This document shows, piece by piece, positions 28,250 to 37,626 of a DNA stretch of 64,000 bases. Numbering within the stretch: position 1 is the first letter of the stretch; every line of letters starts with the position of its first letter. The translations under genes and the position numbers were made by a program. Under the pieces are notes generated by a model, which saw nothing but the letters and a program-made list of their open reading frames with translations, was not told where the DNA came from and searched no databases. The stretch spans positions 2,832 through 66,831 of the forward strand of contig SKQL01000082.1 in the NCBI GenBank assembly GCA_007119035.1. The letters are read 5' to 3'. This DNA is from Nitriliruptorales bacterium. GTDB taxonomy: Bacteria; Actinomycetota; Nitriliruptoria; Euzebyales; Egibacteraceae.

Positions 28250-29812
28250 ATGGATCAGGAAGACCACACCGCGCCCGTCCCCACTGACGTGGCGCGCCGA
28301 ACACGCGTGCTCGCGAGCCGCTACCTCCTCGAGGAGCGGATAGCGAGCGGCGGCATGGCCGCGGTCTGGCGCGCCCACGACGAGACGCTCGCGCGCACCG
28401 TGGCCATCAAGATCCTCCATGAGCACCTCGCGGCGGACGCCGATCTCCAGGAGCGCTTCCGTCGCGAAGCGGTCGCGGCCGCGAAGCTGGGCCACCCCGG
28501 TCTCGTGGGAATCTATGACACGGGCGAGGAGGACAGGCGCACGTATCTGGTGATGGAGTACGTCGAGGGTGAGACCCTTCGCACGCTGATGGAGGGCCAA
28601 CGGCTCGACCTCGGTCATGCGGCAGCGATCGGCCATCAGGTCGCGCAGGCCCTCAGCTACGCCCACGAACGACACCTCGTGCACCGGGACATCAAGCCCG
28701 CGAACATCCTCATCTCCTCGGACGGCACCGTCAAGGTGGCCGACTTCGGCATCGCGAAGGCCGCGCAGGCCGCTCGGGACCTCACGCAGACCGGGATGGT
28801 GCTGGGCACCGCCGCTTACGTCTCGCCCGAGCAGGTGCGAGGCGAGCCGGTCGACGGAGCCGCAGACCAGTACGCGCTCGGTTGCGTGCTGTACGAGGCG
28901 ATGACGGGACGGCGACCTTTCGAGTCCGAGTCGACGATGACCATGGCGACCGCCCGGCTAGAGCAGGATCCCCTCCCTCTGCGCTCGCTGCGCCCGGACG
29001 TGCCCCGCGTTCTCGACGACGTCGTCATGCGCTCCCTGGCTCGTGAGCCAAACGATCGCCACCCCGACATGCGCGCGTTCGCTGACGCGCTCTCGGAGTG
29101 GGTCGGTGAGAAGGACGCGGACACTGACGAGCTTCCCGATGACCTGCCCATCGACGATGCCTCGGGCAAGCCGTCCTTCTTTCGCTCGGAGGGCACCTGG
29201 ATCGCGTCGGTGCTCGCGATCGTGACCGTTGCCGCCACCCTCATGGCGATCGGCCTCGGCACGGGCGTGCTCGAGTCGGAGCAGATCCCGCAGCTCACCG
29301 CCTCCGACCAGGAAGCGGAATCGGAGTCGCCCGGGGGCGACGAGGTCGCGGCGGCGAACCTGGAGGCCGACGACCTCCGGGCCTTCGACCCCCCCGAATG
29401 GGGCGGCGACGGCGAGGAGAACGACGACCAGTTGCCGAACCTCCTGGACGGCGACCCCGGCACCGCATGGCACACGGAGACCTACGACGACGTCACCTTC
29501 GGCTCCTTGAAGCCGGGGGTGGGCTTCGTCGCCGACCTCGGCCGACCGCACAGCCTGCGGGAGCTCCGGGTGACACCGGCGACCGCGGGCGTCAGCTTCG
29601 AGGTGTACGCCTCCGAGGAGGTCTCGACGGATCTCGACGACTGGACACTCGCGGGATCGAGGCGTGACCTGACCGAGGCGGCGGAGGTGAGCCTCAACGG
29701 CACGGAAGGCCGGTACGTGCTCGTGCTCCTGGTCCCGGATCTACCGATGGTCGACGGGACGCGCGGGGCAGGGGGCTTCTCGACCCTGGAGGTACGGGGC
29801 GTGCCGCAGTGA
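28250..29812 (+). CDS. Receptor Ser/Thr protein kinase with an extracellular discoidin (F5/8 type C)-like domain
   Basis: In-frame ATG 28250. Intact Hanks motifs: GGMAAV, VAIK, HRDIKPANIL, DFGIA and SPEQ. One TM segment (WIASVLAIVTVAATLMAIGL). The C-terminal LLDGDPGTAWHTE...YVLVLL pattern resembles a galactose-binding-like domain. Confidence 0.8.
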   Translation: MDQEDHTAPVPTDVARRTRVLASRYLLEERIASGGMAAVWRAHDETLARTVAIKILHEHLAADADLQERFRREAVAAAKLGHPGLVGIYDTGEEDRRTYLVMEYVEGETLRTLMEGQRLDLGHAAAIGHQVAQALSYAHERHLVHRDIKPANILISSDGTVKVADFGIAKAAQAARDLTQTGMVLGTAAYVSPEQVRGEPVDGAADQYALGCVLYEAMTGRRPFESESTMTMATARLEQDPLPLRSLRPDVPRVLDDVVMRSLAREPNDRHPDMRAFADALSEWVGEKDADTDELPDDLPIDDASGKPSFFRSEGTWIASVLAIVTVAATLMAIGLGTGVLESEQIPQLTASDQEAESESPGGDEVAAANLEADDLRAFDPPEWGGDGEENDDQLPNLLDGDPGTAWHTETYDDVTFGSLKPGVGFVADLGRPHSLRELRVTPATAGVSFEVYASEEVSTDLDDWTLAGSRRDLTEAAEVSLNGTEGRYVLVLLVPDLPMVDGTRGAGGFSTLEVRGVPQ

Positions 29813-30393
29813 GCGCGCCGACCGTCAGCGACGAGAGCCTCGTCGCCCGGATCCCGCACGGCGACTCGGCCGCGTTCGACGAGATCGTCGCCCGATACGC
29901 CCATCGCGTGCACGGGATCTGCTTCCGGTACTTCGGCAACGCGGAGGACGCCGAGGATGCCACGCAGGAGACGTTCGTGACCGTGCTCCGACGTGCGGAG
30001 ACGTTCGCGGGGACAGCCAGCTTCTCGACGTGGCTCTACCGGGTGGCGACCAACACCTGCAACGATGTGGCCCGCAGGCGAAGCCGCCGCCCACGCACGG
30101 TCCCGATCGAGGATCGCCACGAGTCGCCGGATCGCGGGATCGAGGACCTCCTCCTCGCCTCGGAGTCACGCTCGTCGTTGTCCACCGCGCTCGCAGCGCT
30201 CGAGCCCGCTCAGCGCCGGGCGATCCTGGCCCACGACGTGGTGGGGGAGCCCTACGAGTCGATCGCCGAACGCGAAGGGGTCGCGGTCGGTACAGTGAAG
30301 AGCCGAATCCACCGCGGCCACGCACGCCTGGCCGCCCTGCTCGACGACACTGCAGCGGAACCTTCCCGGACCCCGCGGCCTCAGACCCGATGA
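29809..30393 (+). CDS. ECF (group IV) RNA polymerase sigma factor, SigM-like by position
   Basis: Region 2 (DAEDATQETFVTV, FSTWLYRVATN) and region 4 (YESIAEREGVAVGTVKSRIHRG). GTG start overlaps the kinase stop. Confidence 0.85.
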   Translation: MSAPTVSDESLVARIPHGDSAAFDEIVARYAHRVHGICFRYFGNAEDAEDATQETFVTVLRRAETFAGTASFSTWLYRVATNTCNDVARRRSRRPRTVPIEDRHESPDRGIEDLLLASESRSSLSTALAALEPAQRRAILAHDVVGEPYESIAEREGVAVGTVKSRIHRGHARLAALLDDTAAEPSRTPRPQTR

Positions 30394-31157
30394 TGGAACA
30401 CGACACGCCCTTCGACGACGCGGACCTCGCGGCATACCTCGCCGGGGACACTGACGAGCTCACCACCCATCGCATCGAGTCCGCACTCGCCCGCGATCCC
30501 GCGCTCGGTGCCCGCTTGGACCGCCTGCACGGGGTCATGGTCGCGCTCCGGGAGCCTGACCGGGTGCCGATGCCCGCAGGCCTCACCGAGCGCATCGGTG
30601 ACCGTGTTGCGGAGAAGCGGGCCGCTCGAGGGCCACGGCCCACCCGCCGCGTGCCACGAGCCGCCATCGGCGCTGTGGCAGCCGGCGTCCTGGCCTTCGC
30701 GGTCATAGGCGGCAACGTGCTCGGTGGTGCGGACGTGCCGGGGATGCCGAGTACCCAGAGCGCGGACGAGTCGGCGGAGGACACGACCCTCGACGCGGTA
30801 ACAGACGACGCGGACGGTGAGATCGCTCCCGAGTCGTCGGCCGACCGAGCCGAGCCGGAGGCAGCGGGCGCGTTGCCCACCTGGCCGCGTGAGGAGGCCG
30901 TCCGCCGCTCGGGCGCCCGCGAGATCGCCGATCAGCGTTGGGAGGAGCTCGAGGCGGCAGGGGCGGGCTGCCGGTCGGCCGTCGAGGACGCGGTGGATGG
31001 CCCCGCCGTCCCGAGGTCGGCTCGTCCCCACGCCGTCGACGGCCGACCGGTCATCGACTACGAGATAGCCAGCGGCCCCGAGGCGGCGGAGGAGTTGACA
31101 GGCAGCACCCGGGTCCGTGTCGAAGCCAGCACGTGCACGGTCGTGGAGGCGCCGTGA
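30390..31157 (+). CDS. Anti-sigma factor (single-pass membrane protein)
   Basis: ATG 30390 overlaps the sigma stop (ATGA). Short cytoplasmic helical N-terminus, a TM segment AAIGAVAAGVLAFAVIGG, and an acidic extracytoplasmic domain. The track ORF 30030.. over-extends. Confidence 0.65.
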   Translation: MMEHDTPFDDADLAAYLAGDTDELTTHRIESALARDPALGARLDRLHGVMVALREPDRVPMPAGLTERIGDRVAEKRAARGPRPTRRVPRAAIGAVAAGVLAFAVIGGNVLGGADVPGMPSTQSADESAEDTTLDAVTDDADGEIAPESSADRAEPEAAGALPTWPREEAVRRSGAREIADQRWEELEAAGAGCRSAVEDAVDGPAVPRSARPHAVDGRPVIDYEIASGPEAAEELTGSTRVRVEASTCTVVEAP

Positions 31158-31189
31158 GCGGCCACCACGGCCCCGAGGGCAACCGACCC

Positions 31190-31666
31190 CTACCGGTAGA
31201 GGCCGCGGTGGGCGAACCACCCCGCGAGCGGGTACGAGAGCACCTGCAGGCCGCCCGGCACAGGGGTGCCGTACGTCAACAGGAACGCGACGAGCAATCC
31301 ACCGACGGCGACGGAGACGCTGACCGCCGGGAAGGGCGGCTGCGTCTGGCCACGCGTGCCCCACACCACCACCCGGCCGACGCCGAACCCCACCACCCCG
31401 GACAATATGAGGCTACCGAAGCCGATCATGGACACGACGAGCCCACCGACCAGCGCGAACGCGGAGCCGGCACCGACCGCACGGGCGTAGTGGACTGGCT
31501 TGCCGCGTGCCCGCACCCCCTTCGCGGGCTTGGCGCACTCCGGGCAGCGCTGGCCGACCGCGCTGGGACGGACGCACCGGGCGCAGATAGGCGCGCCGCA
31601 ATTCGAGCACGCGAGCCTAGTGGTCGTTTCGGGGTGGTTGACACACGTCAGCTGCTCTGTGGCCAT
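31190..31666 (-). CDS. B-box-type zinc-finger membrane protein
   Basis: In-frame ATG 31666. CVNHPETTTRLACSNCGAPICARCVRPSAVGQRCPEC is followed by 3-4 TM helices. Confidence 0.55.
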   Translation of the reverse strand: MATEQLTCVNHPETTTRLACSNCGAPICARCVRPSAVGQRCPECAKPAKGVRARGKPVHYARAVGAGSAFALVGGLVVSMIGFGSLILSGVVGFGVGRVVVWGTRGQTQPPFPAVSVSVAVGGLLVAFLLTYGTPVPGGLQVLSYPLAGWFAHRGLYR

Positions 31667-31709
31667 GGCACAACCAGTGTAGGTGGTGGCCGTAAGCGCG
31701 GACGGCTCC

Positions 31710-31735
31710 GGAATATCCCGGAAGAGGCCCGCGTT
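31710..31735 (+). promoter_or_regulatory. SigR/SigH-type ECF promoter GGAAT-N18-GTT upstream of trxB
   Basis: GGAAT at 31710..31714, an exactly 18-nt spacer, and GTT at 31733..31735, 34 nt before the trxB ATG. This matches the thiol-stress ECF sigma promoter consensus known to drive trxBA in Streptomyces and Mycobacterium. Confidence 0.55.
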
Positions 31736-31768
31736 CCCCTGTCCAGACCGACATCGTGAGGATCTCCA

Positions 31769-32710
<942 letters not shown>

Positions 32711-32741
32711 AACGCGCCCCAAATCGTCTGATATCAAGCAT

Positions 32742-32771
32742 TTGCTCCACCGAAACCTCTGGGTGTAAACT
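32742..32771 (+). promoter_or_regulatory. Candidate housekeeping-type promoter TTGCTC-N18-TAAACT
   Basis: Located in the locally AT-richer part of the trxB-trxA spacer. The -35-like element is at 32742..32747 and the -10-like element at 32766..32771. Confidence 0.35.
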
Positions 32772-32777
32772 TCGGTC

Positions 32778-32908
32778 GGTTACGTTTGAGTTGGTTCATC
32801 ATGGGGACGCGCTTCGTATCCCCCCGATGATCAAGGTCCGCGGTTCGGCTGTCCCCCCGTCATCCGAACCGCGAGCGAGGGGCGCTTCGGCGCCCCTCGC
32901 TGCTTTTC
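32778..32908 (+). ncRNA. Candidate structured small RNA with two C6 runs (6C-RNA-like), ending in an intrinsic terminator
   Basis: Hairpin A spans 32796..32830 (TCATC/GATGA plus GGGGA/TCCCC) and contains a CCCCCC run at 32820..32825. Hairpin B is a 10-bp stem (32839..32848 with 32864..32873) with a 15-nt loop CTGTCCCCCCGTCAT, C6 at 32853..32858. A GC-rich terminator hairpin with a T-tract follows. The 5' end is inferred from the putative promoter only. Confidence 0.45.
32874..32908 (+). terminator. Rho-independent terminator
   Basis: Perfect 12-bp stem AGCGAGGGGCGC / GCGCCCCTCGCT with a TTCG loop, followed by GCTTTTC. Confidence 0.7.
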
Positions 32909-32924
32909 ATCCCCACGCGTCCCG

Positions 32925-32950
32925 GGAATGTCCCCGCAACGATGCGTGTT
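32925..32950 (+). promoter_or_regulatory. SigR/SigH-type ECF promoter GGAAT-N18-GTT upstream of trxA
   Basis: GGAAT at 32925..32929, an 18-nt spacer, and GTT at 32948..32950, 35 nt before the trxA ATG and downstream of the terminator. Confidence 0.55.
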
Positions 32951-32984
32951 GGAGCAGTGACGCCACTTCTTCCCGGAGGAACCG

Positions 32985-33311
32985 ATGAGCAATGCCCAAC
33001 CCGTGACCGATCAGAGCTGGGATTCGGAGGTACTCGGGGCGGACCGCCCCGTTCTCGTGGACTTCTGGGCAGAGTGGTGCGGGCCCTGCCGCATGGTGAG
33101 CCCGATCGTGGAGGAGATCGCCGAGGAGAAGTCGGATTCCCTCAAGGTCGTCAAGCTCAACATCGACGAGAATCCCGGCGTCGCCCGCAAGTACCAGGTG
33201 ATGTCCATCCCAACCCTCATGCTCTTCTCCGGCGGAGCCGAGCAGAAGCGCATCGTGGGCGCCAAGGGAAAGACCCAACTGCTGTCAGAGGTCGACACCG
33301 TCACCGGTTGA
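32985..33311 (+). CDS. trxA: Thioredoxin
   Basis: 108 aa with the WAEWCGPCRM active site and a GGAGGA RBS. Confidence 0.95.
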   Translation: MSNAQPVTDQSWDSEVLGADRPVLVDFWAEWCGPCRMVSPIVEEIAEEKSDSLKVVKLNIDENPGVARKYQVMSIPTLMLFSGGAEQKRIVGAKGKTQLLSEVDTVTG

Positions 33312-33372
33312 GTCCGCGCGCGCGCCTGCCCTACCAGACGACGCCATCCACTGGCTCAGTGGGCGTCCATGC

Positions 33373-34557
33373 GTGTCCGGGCAGCCCGCTGCGGCTCTGC
33401 GCACACCGGTAGACTCTCCGGCCGTGACCGACACTCCACCCGCATCGCAGCCACCGCTCATACGAACCGGCGACCAGGGCCCGGCCGTAGGCGATATCCA
33501 AAGGCGACTCGCACGCCTGGGCATCGCAGACCTCGGTGACGATGGCGTCTTCGGCGAGCGCACCCGGGATGGCGTACGCGCCTTTCAGCGCCGCCGGGGG
33601 CTGCCCGCCGACGGGATAGTCGGCCCGGAGACGTGGCCCGCTCTCGTCGAGGCCAGCTACGCGTTAGGCGACCGGCTCCTATGGCACTCCGCCACGTTCA
33701 TGCGCGGTGACGACATCCACGAGCTCCAGCAACGACTGAATCAGCTCGGCTTCGATGCAGGCACGGAGGACGGCATCTTCGGCTCGCTCACGCGTGCGGC
33801 GGTCGAGGAGTTCCAACGAAATGTCGGCTTGGCCGTCGACGGGGTCGCCGGCCCTGGCACGGTGGAGGCCCTCCGGAGGCTACGTCGCGACCATCAATCC
33901 ATGGGGGCGGGCGTGCGCGCCCGTGAGCGCGAGGCCCACAAGCGCCTTGCTCGCGGCGGCCTCCCGGGCGCACGCCTCCTCCTCGACCCCGCCTACGGGC
34001 CAGACGACCGTCCGATGGGCGACGAGCGCCCCGATGAGGTGACATGGGCACTCGTCGCGCGGCTGGCCGGTCGCCTCGCCGCGTCGGGCGCGGACGTCTT
34101 CCTGGCCCGGGGACCTTCCACGACGCCGTCGGGAAGTCAGCGTGCGCGGCTGGCGAACGAGCTAGGGGTGGATGCGGTGCTCTCACTGGGCCTGAACAGT
34201 CACCACGCCCCCGTCGCGAGAGGATGCAGCACCTATTATTTCGGGTCCGAACGATCAACCTCCGAGGTAGGACGCGAGCTCGCGGAGCTCATCCAGAGCT
34301 CACTTGTCGGAAGCGGCTGGTCGCCCGACTGCCGGACGCATGCCATGACGTGGGCGATCCTCCGCGAGACGCGCATGCCGTCGGTCGTCGTCGAGCCGGG
34401 CTTCGTGACGTCTCCCGAGGACGCTGCGCGATTGGTCGATCCCGCTCAGCAGGACGCGCTCGCCCACACGCTGACCGAGGCGCTCCACGAGTTCCTAGGA
34501 GGCAAGGATCCCTCGCTCGTGCCTGTGGAGATGGACGCGGCGCCTCGCGTTCCCTAG
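33373..34557 (+). CDS. cwlM: CwlM-like protein: two peptidoglycan-binding (PG_binding_1) repeats plus an Amidase_3-like domain
   Basis: Two repeats of the type GDQGPAVGDIQRRL..DGVFGERTRDGVRAFQRRRGLPADGIVGPETW, then an Amidase_3-like domain ending in VVVEPGFVTSPEDA. The start may instead be the internal GTG at about 33424. Confidence 0.8.
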   Translation: MSGQPAAALRTPVDSPAVTDTPPASQPPLIRTGDQGPAVGDIQRRLARLGIADLGDDGVFGERTRDGVRAFQRRRGLPADGIVGPETWPALVEASYALGDRLLWHSATFMRGDDIHELQQRLNQLGFDAGTEDGIFGSLTRAAVEEFQRNVGLAVDGVAGPGTVEALRRLRRDHQSMGAGVRAREREAHKRLARGGLPGARLLLDPAYGPDDRPMGDERPDEVTWALVARLAGRLAASGADVFLARGPSTTPSGSQRARLANELGVDAVLSLGLNSHHAPVARGCSTYYFGSERSTSEVGRELAELIQSSLVGSGWSPDCRTHAMTWAILRETRMPSVVVEPGFVTSPEDAARLVDPAQQDALAHTLTEALHEFLGGKDPSLVPVEMDAAPRVP

Positions 34558-35177
34558 GGGGATGGCAGGGAGAGAACGCGGCCGACGCGACGCTCACGAA
34601 GGGCGGCACGCAAGCTCGCCAGGGCGCTCTCGGCCGTCTCCTTCCAACGGGCCGTCTGGCGGAGATCGAGGCGGTAATGCGGGTAGGGGCGCTGGGAGCG
34701 CAGCAGCGAGAACCCGGTGTCGCGGAGCAGACGCTCGTCAGTCAGGCAAGCGCGCCCGTTGGGTGACGCGAACGCCTCCAGTGCCCGCGCACCCCTCGCC
34801 GCGACCATCAGCAGCGCCCCCTCTACGATGCGCTCCGCGACCGCGGCCCCTTCTTCGCTTTGGTCGTCCACCCACAGAACCGCCAGGAGGAGCGCGTCCT
34901 CGGTGACGCGCCCCAACCGGGCCGCCCCCCGTGCGTAGGACGGGGGCACGATGAGGCCGTAGCCCACCAGCCGATCCTCGTCCCATACACCGAGGCCGCA
35001 CGCCCCCCACTCGAGGTTGGTCGCCCGCCACCAAGCCTCCTTGCCCTCCCGTGCCGCGTGGCGGGCCTCCTCCGGCTGGTCGGGCCCAGGTGGGCCTCCC
35101 GTCTCCCAGAACAAGCACGATCGGCACGGTTCCGGTAGCAGGTCCACGTTGACCTCAGCCAGGTGCTGCCGGGCCAT
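34554..35177 (-). CDS. Hypothetical protein, possibly GNAT-fold
   Basis: In-frame ATG 35177 (MARQHLAEVNVDLLPEPCRSCLFWE...). The C-terminal half is loosely GNAT-like (VAERIVEGALLMVAARGARALEAFA). I believe a similarly placed gene exists in mycobacteria (Rv3916c). Confidence 0.45.
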   Translation of the reverse strand: MARQHLAEVNVDLLPEPCRSCLFWETGGPPGPDQPEEARHAAREGKEAWWRATNLEWGACGLGVWDEDRLVGYGLIVPPSYARGAARLGRVTEDALLLAVLWVDDQSEEGAAVAERIVEGALLMVAARGARALEAFASPNGRACLTDERLLRDTGFSLLRSQRPYPHYRLDLRQTARWKETAESALASLRAALRERRVGRVLSLPSP

Positions 35178-35178
35178 C

Positions 35179-35307
35179 TCACACCTCTGAAATGCTGGAA
35201 CGATCGCCGTTTCGCGGCTGCAGCAGGGCCGCGAGCAGGCCCAGCGCCATCCCGAGCAGCAACGCCACGAGAGCCCTGCGCACGGGAGTCGGTCCCGCTG
35301 CCCCCAT
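35179..35307 (-). CDS. Small (42 aa) single-TM protein, translationally coupled to the downstream gene
   Basis: ATG 35307 is preceded by GAGGAGG. Product MGAAGPTPVRRALVALLLGMALGLLAALLQPRNGDRSSISEV. Its stop TGA lies 1 nt before the ATG at 35177. Confidence 0.45.
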   Translation of the reverse strand: MGAAGPTPVRRALVALLLGMALGLLAALLQPRNGDRSSISEV

Positions 35308-35437
35308 GAAAAGCCCTCCTCGGTCGGAATCCTCCACAATTCTAGTGCGGGGTGCCCGCGTCCATGTGGGCGCGAGAGACACGGTGACATCGATGTACCC
35401 TCCGTGGCGAGCATTGCACCTTCCCCGGAGGCGCCCC

Positions 35438-36685
35438 GTGACCGAGGTCAACTTTCACCCAAATCTCGTGAGATTCGCTGAACGCACCCGGGGAATGACG
35501 GCCTCGGAGATCCGGGCCCTGTTCGCGGTCGCGAGCAGACCCGAGATCGTCTCCCTCGCGGGTGGGATGCCCTCGATCGACTCGCTCGACCACGCCTCCG
35601 TGGCCGAGATCAGCCGGCACATCATCACCGACCACGGGGGCGTGGCCCTCCAGTACGGCGGGGGCCAAGGCCACGAGCCACTCCGCGACCGCCTCGTGGA
35701 AGTCATGGCAGCAGAGGGCATTCCCGCGCATGCGGACGAGATCGTGGTCACGACCGGCGGACAGCAGGCACTCGATCTCGTTGCGAAGCTATTCCTCGAT
35801 CCCGGCGACATCGTCCTGGCGGAGGGACCCTCCTACGTGGGCGCGCTCGGCGCGTTCGCGTCTTACGAGGCCGATGTCCGCCAGGTTCCGATGGACGCGG
35901 AGGGAATGCGTCCTGACCTCCTCGCCGAGGAGCTTCAGGCGCTTGCCCGTGCAGGGAGGCGACCGAAGTTCCTGTACACGGTGCCGAATCACCAGAACCC
36001 CGCGGGCGTCTCGATGTCACATCGGCGCAGGCAGGACCTCGCGGACCTCTGCGCGCGTGAGGACATCCTCATCCTCGAGGACAACCCCTACGGCCTCCTG
36101 GACTTCAAGGCCGAAGTGCGCACGTCGCTGCGCGCGCTCGTGCCGGAGCGTGTGCTCTACATCGGCACCCTCTCGAAGATCCTGTCGCCGGGCATCCGGG
36201 TCGGCTGGATCGTGGCGCCCGGAGCGGTTCGTGAGAAGCTGATCCTCCTGAAGGAAGCTGCGGACCTATGCCAGTCCAACCTCACACAGATGGTCGCCGA
36301 GCGTTGGATCGCCACCGAGGACTGGGAGGGGCAGGTGGCCTCCTTTCGTGAGGCGTACCGGGAGCGCTGCGAGGCCATGCTCGAGGAGCTCGAACGCGAG
36401 CTCCCCGCATCCTGCAGATGGAGTGTCCCCACGGGGGGCTTCTTCGTCTGGGTGGAGCTCCCCAAGGCGATCGACGCTCGGGAGCTACTCGCCAAAGCGC
36501 TCTCCGAGCGTGTGGCCTACGTGCCGGGTGCGGCCTTCTACGCGGCCGAGGGCGGGGAGAACCACCTTCGGCTCTCCTTTTGCTATCCCACCCCGGAGCG
36601 CATCCGGGAAGGTGTTCGTCGCCTCGCCAAAGTGCTCCGGGCAGAGATCGAACTCGTTGATGCGCTCTATGGAGGATCGCAATGA
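35438..36685 (+). CDS. PLP-dependent aminotransferase (class I/II, 2-aminoadipate/aromatic aminotransferase-like)
   Basis: In-frame GTG 35438 with a GGAGG RBS. Motifs SLAGGMPS, NPTG-equivalent HQNPAGVS, and the PLP-Lys context GTLSKILSPGIRVGW. Confidence 0.8.
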   Translation: MTEVNFHPNLVRFAERTRGMTASEIRALFAVASRPEIVSLAGGMPSIDSLDHASVAEISRHIITDHGGVALQYGGGQGHEPLRDRLVEVMAAEGIPAHADEIVVTTGGQQALDLVAKLFLDPGDIVLAEGPSYVGALGAFASYEADVRQVPMDAEGMRPDLLAEELQALARAGRRPKFLYTVPNHQNPAGVSMSHRRRQDLADLCAREDILILEDNPYGLLDFKAEVRTSLRALVPERVLYIGTLSKILSPGIRVGWIVAPGAVREKLILLKEAADLCQSNLTQMVAERWIATEDWEGQVASFREAYRERCEAMLEELERELPASCRWSVPTGGFFVWVELPKAIDARELLAKALSERVAYVPGAAFYAAEGGENHLRLSFCYPTPERIREGVRRLAKVLRAEIELVDALYGGSQ

Positions 36686-37626
36686 GTGGACCGCGGATCG
36701 CCGTCCTCGCGGGCGGGCCCAGCTTCGAGCGAGAGGTGAGCCTGCGCTCGGGCTCCCGCATGACCGAGGCGCTCAGCGATGCAGGCTGGAAGGTCGATCG
36801 CCTCGATCTCGATGACACGTTGGTCGACAAGCTGGCGACCCACCCACCCGACGGTGTGCTGCTCGCGCTGCACGGCAAGGCGGGGGAGGACGGCACCGTT
36901 CAGGGGATCCTCGAGATGCTCGGCATCCCCTACAGCGGCCCAGACCCCTCCGCCTCTGCGTTGGTATGGGACAAGGGCCTGTGCAAGGGGGTGGTCTCCC
37001 GCGGAGGGGTCCTCACGCCACCTTGGCTGACAATCACAGTGGATGCGATTCGTGATCTAGGTGCCCGCAGGGCCTTCCATCGACTGGAGAGCCAGATCGG
37101 CGCCATCCAGGTGGTGAAGCCCTCCCAGGGCGGGGCGTCGATGGGCGTGTCGTTGGTGGACGACGTCTCGAAGCTCAACGACGCACTCCGCTCGGCGCTC
37201 AGCTACCACACGGCCGCCCTGGTGGAGCAGCACATCTCAGGCACGGAGGTCGCGGTGGCGGTCCTCGCGGGTCAGCCCTTGCCGCCGGTGGAGGCCGTCC
37301 CCAAGGGAGGCCAGTACGACTTCGCCGCCCGCTACACCCACGGCGCCACCGAGTTCTTCGTGCCCGCGCGACTCGATGCCGCCACCCTCGCCCGCTGCCA
37401 GGAGATGGCGCTCACCGCGTGGCGCCTGACCGGCTGCCGGGACATCGCCCGCGCGGACCTCATCGTCGACGACCGTGGGCAGCCCTGGTTCCTGGAGATC
37501 GACACGTGCCCGGGCATGACGGAGACCTCCCTCCTGCCCATGGCCGCTGAGGCCGCAGGGCTAACGTTCACAAGCCTCTGCGAGCGCCTCGTGGGCCTTG
37601 CCCTCGAGCGCACGCCCGCGAGGTAG
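36682..37626 (+). CDS. ddl: D-alanine--D-alanine ligase
   Basis: IAVLAGGPSFEREVSLRSG start, ATP-grasp blocks, and the C-terminal EIDTCPGMTETSL. ATGA overlap with the aminotransferase gene. Confidence 0.9.
   Translation: MSGPRIAVLAGGPSFEREVSLRSGSRMTEALSDAGWKVDRLDLDDTLVDKLATHPPDGVLLALHGKAGEDGTVQGILEMLGIPYSGPDPSASALVWDKGLCKGVVSRGGVLTPPWLTITVDAIRDLGARRAFHRLESQIGAIQVVKPSQGGASMGVSLVDDVSKLNDALRSALSYHTAALVEQHISGTEVAVAVLAGQPLPPVEAVPKGGQYDFAARYTHGATEFFVPARLDAATLARCQEMALTAWRLTGCRDIARADLIVDDRGQPWFLEIDTCPGMTETSLLPMAAEAAGLTFTSLCERLVGLALERTPAR

Noticed and set aside
28187-29812. The possibility that the kinase after murJ is a pseudokinase like the mycobacterial MviN domain.
   Set aside because: The catalytic Lys (VAIK), HRD, DFG and SPE motifs are all present, so I call it an active kinase.
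32791-32988. 65-aa ORF in the trxB-trxA spacer.
   Set aside because: It runs straight through two strong hairpins and the intrinsic terminator. It has no RBS and an implausible composition. An RNA-structure explanation fits better.
33340-33367. Bulged hairpin GACGC-CAT-CCACTG-GCT-CAGTGG-GCGTC after trxA as a terminator.
   Set aside because: There is no T-tract, and it lies only 6 nt before the cwlM ORF start. It may be a weak I-shaped terminator or an mRNA stability element, but the evidence is too thin to call.
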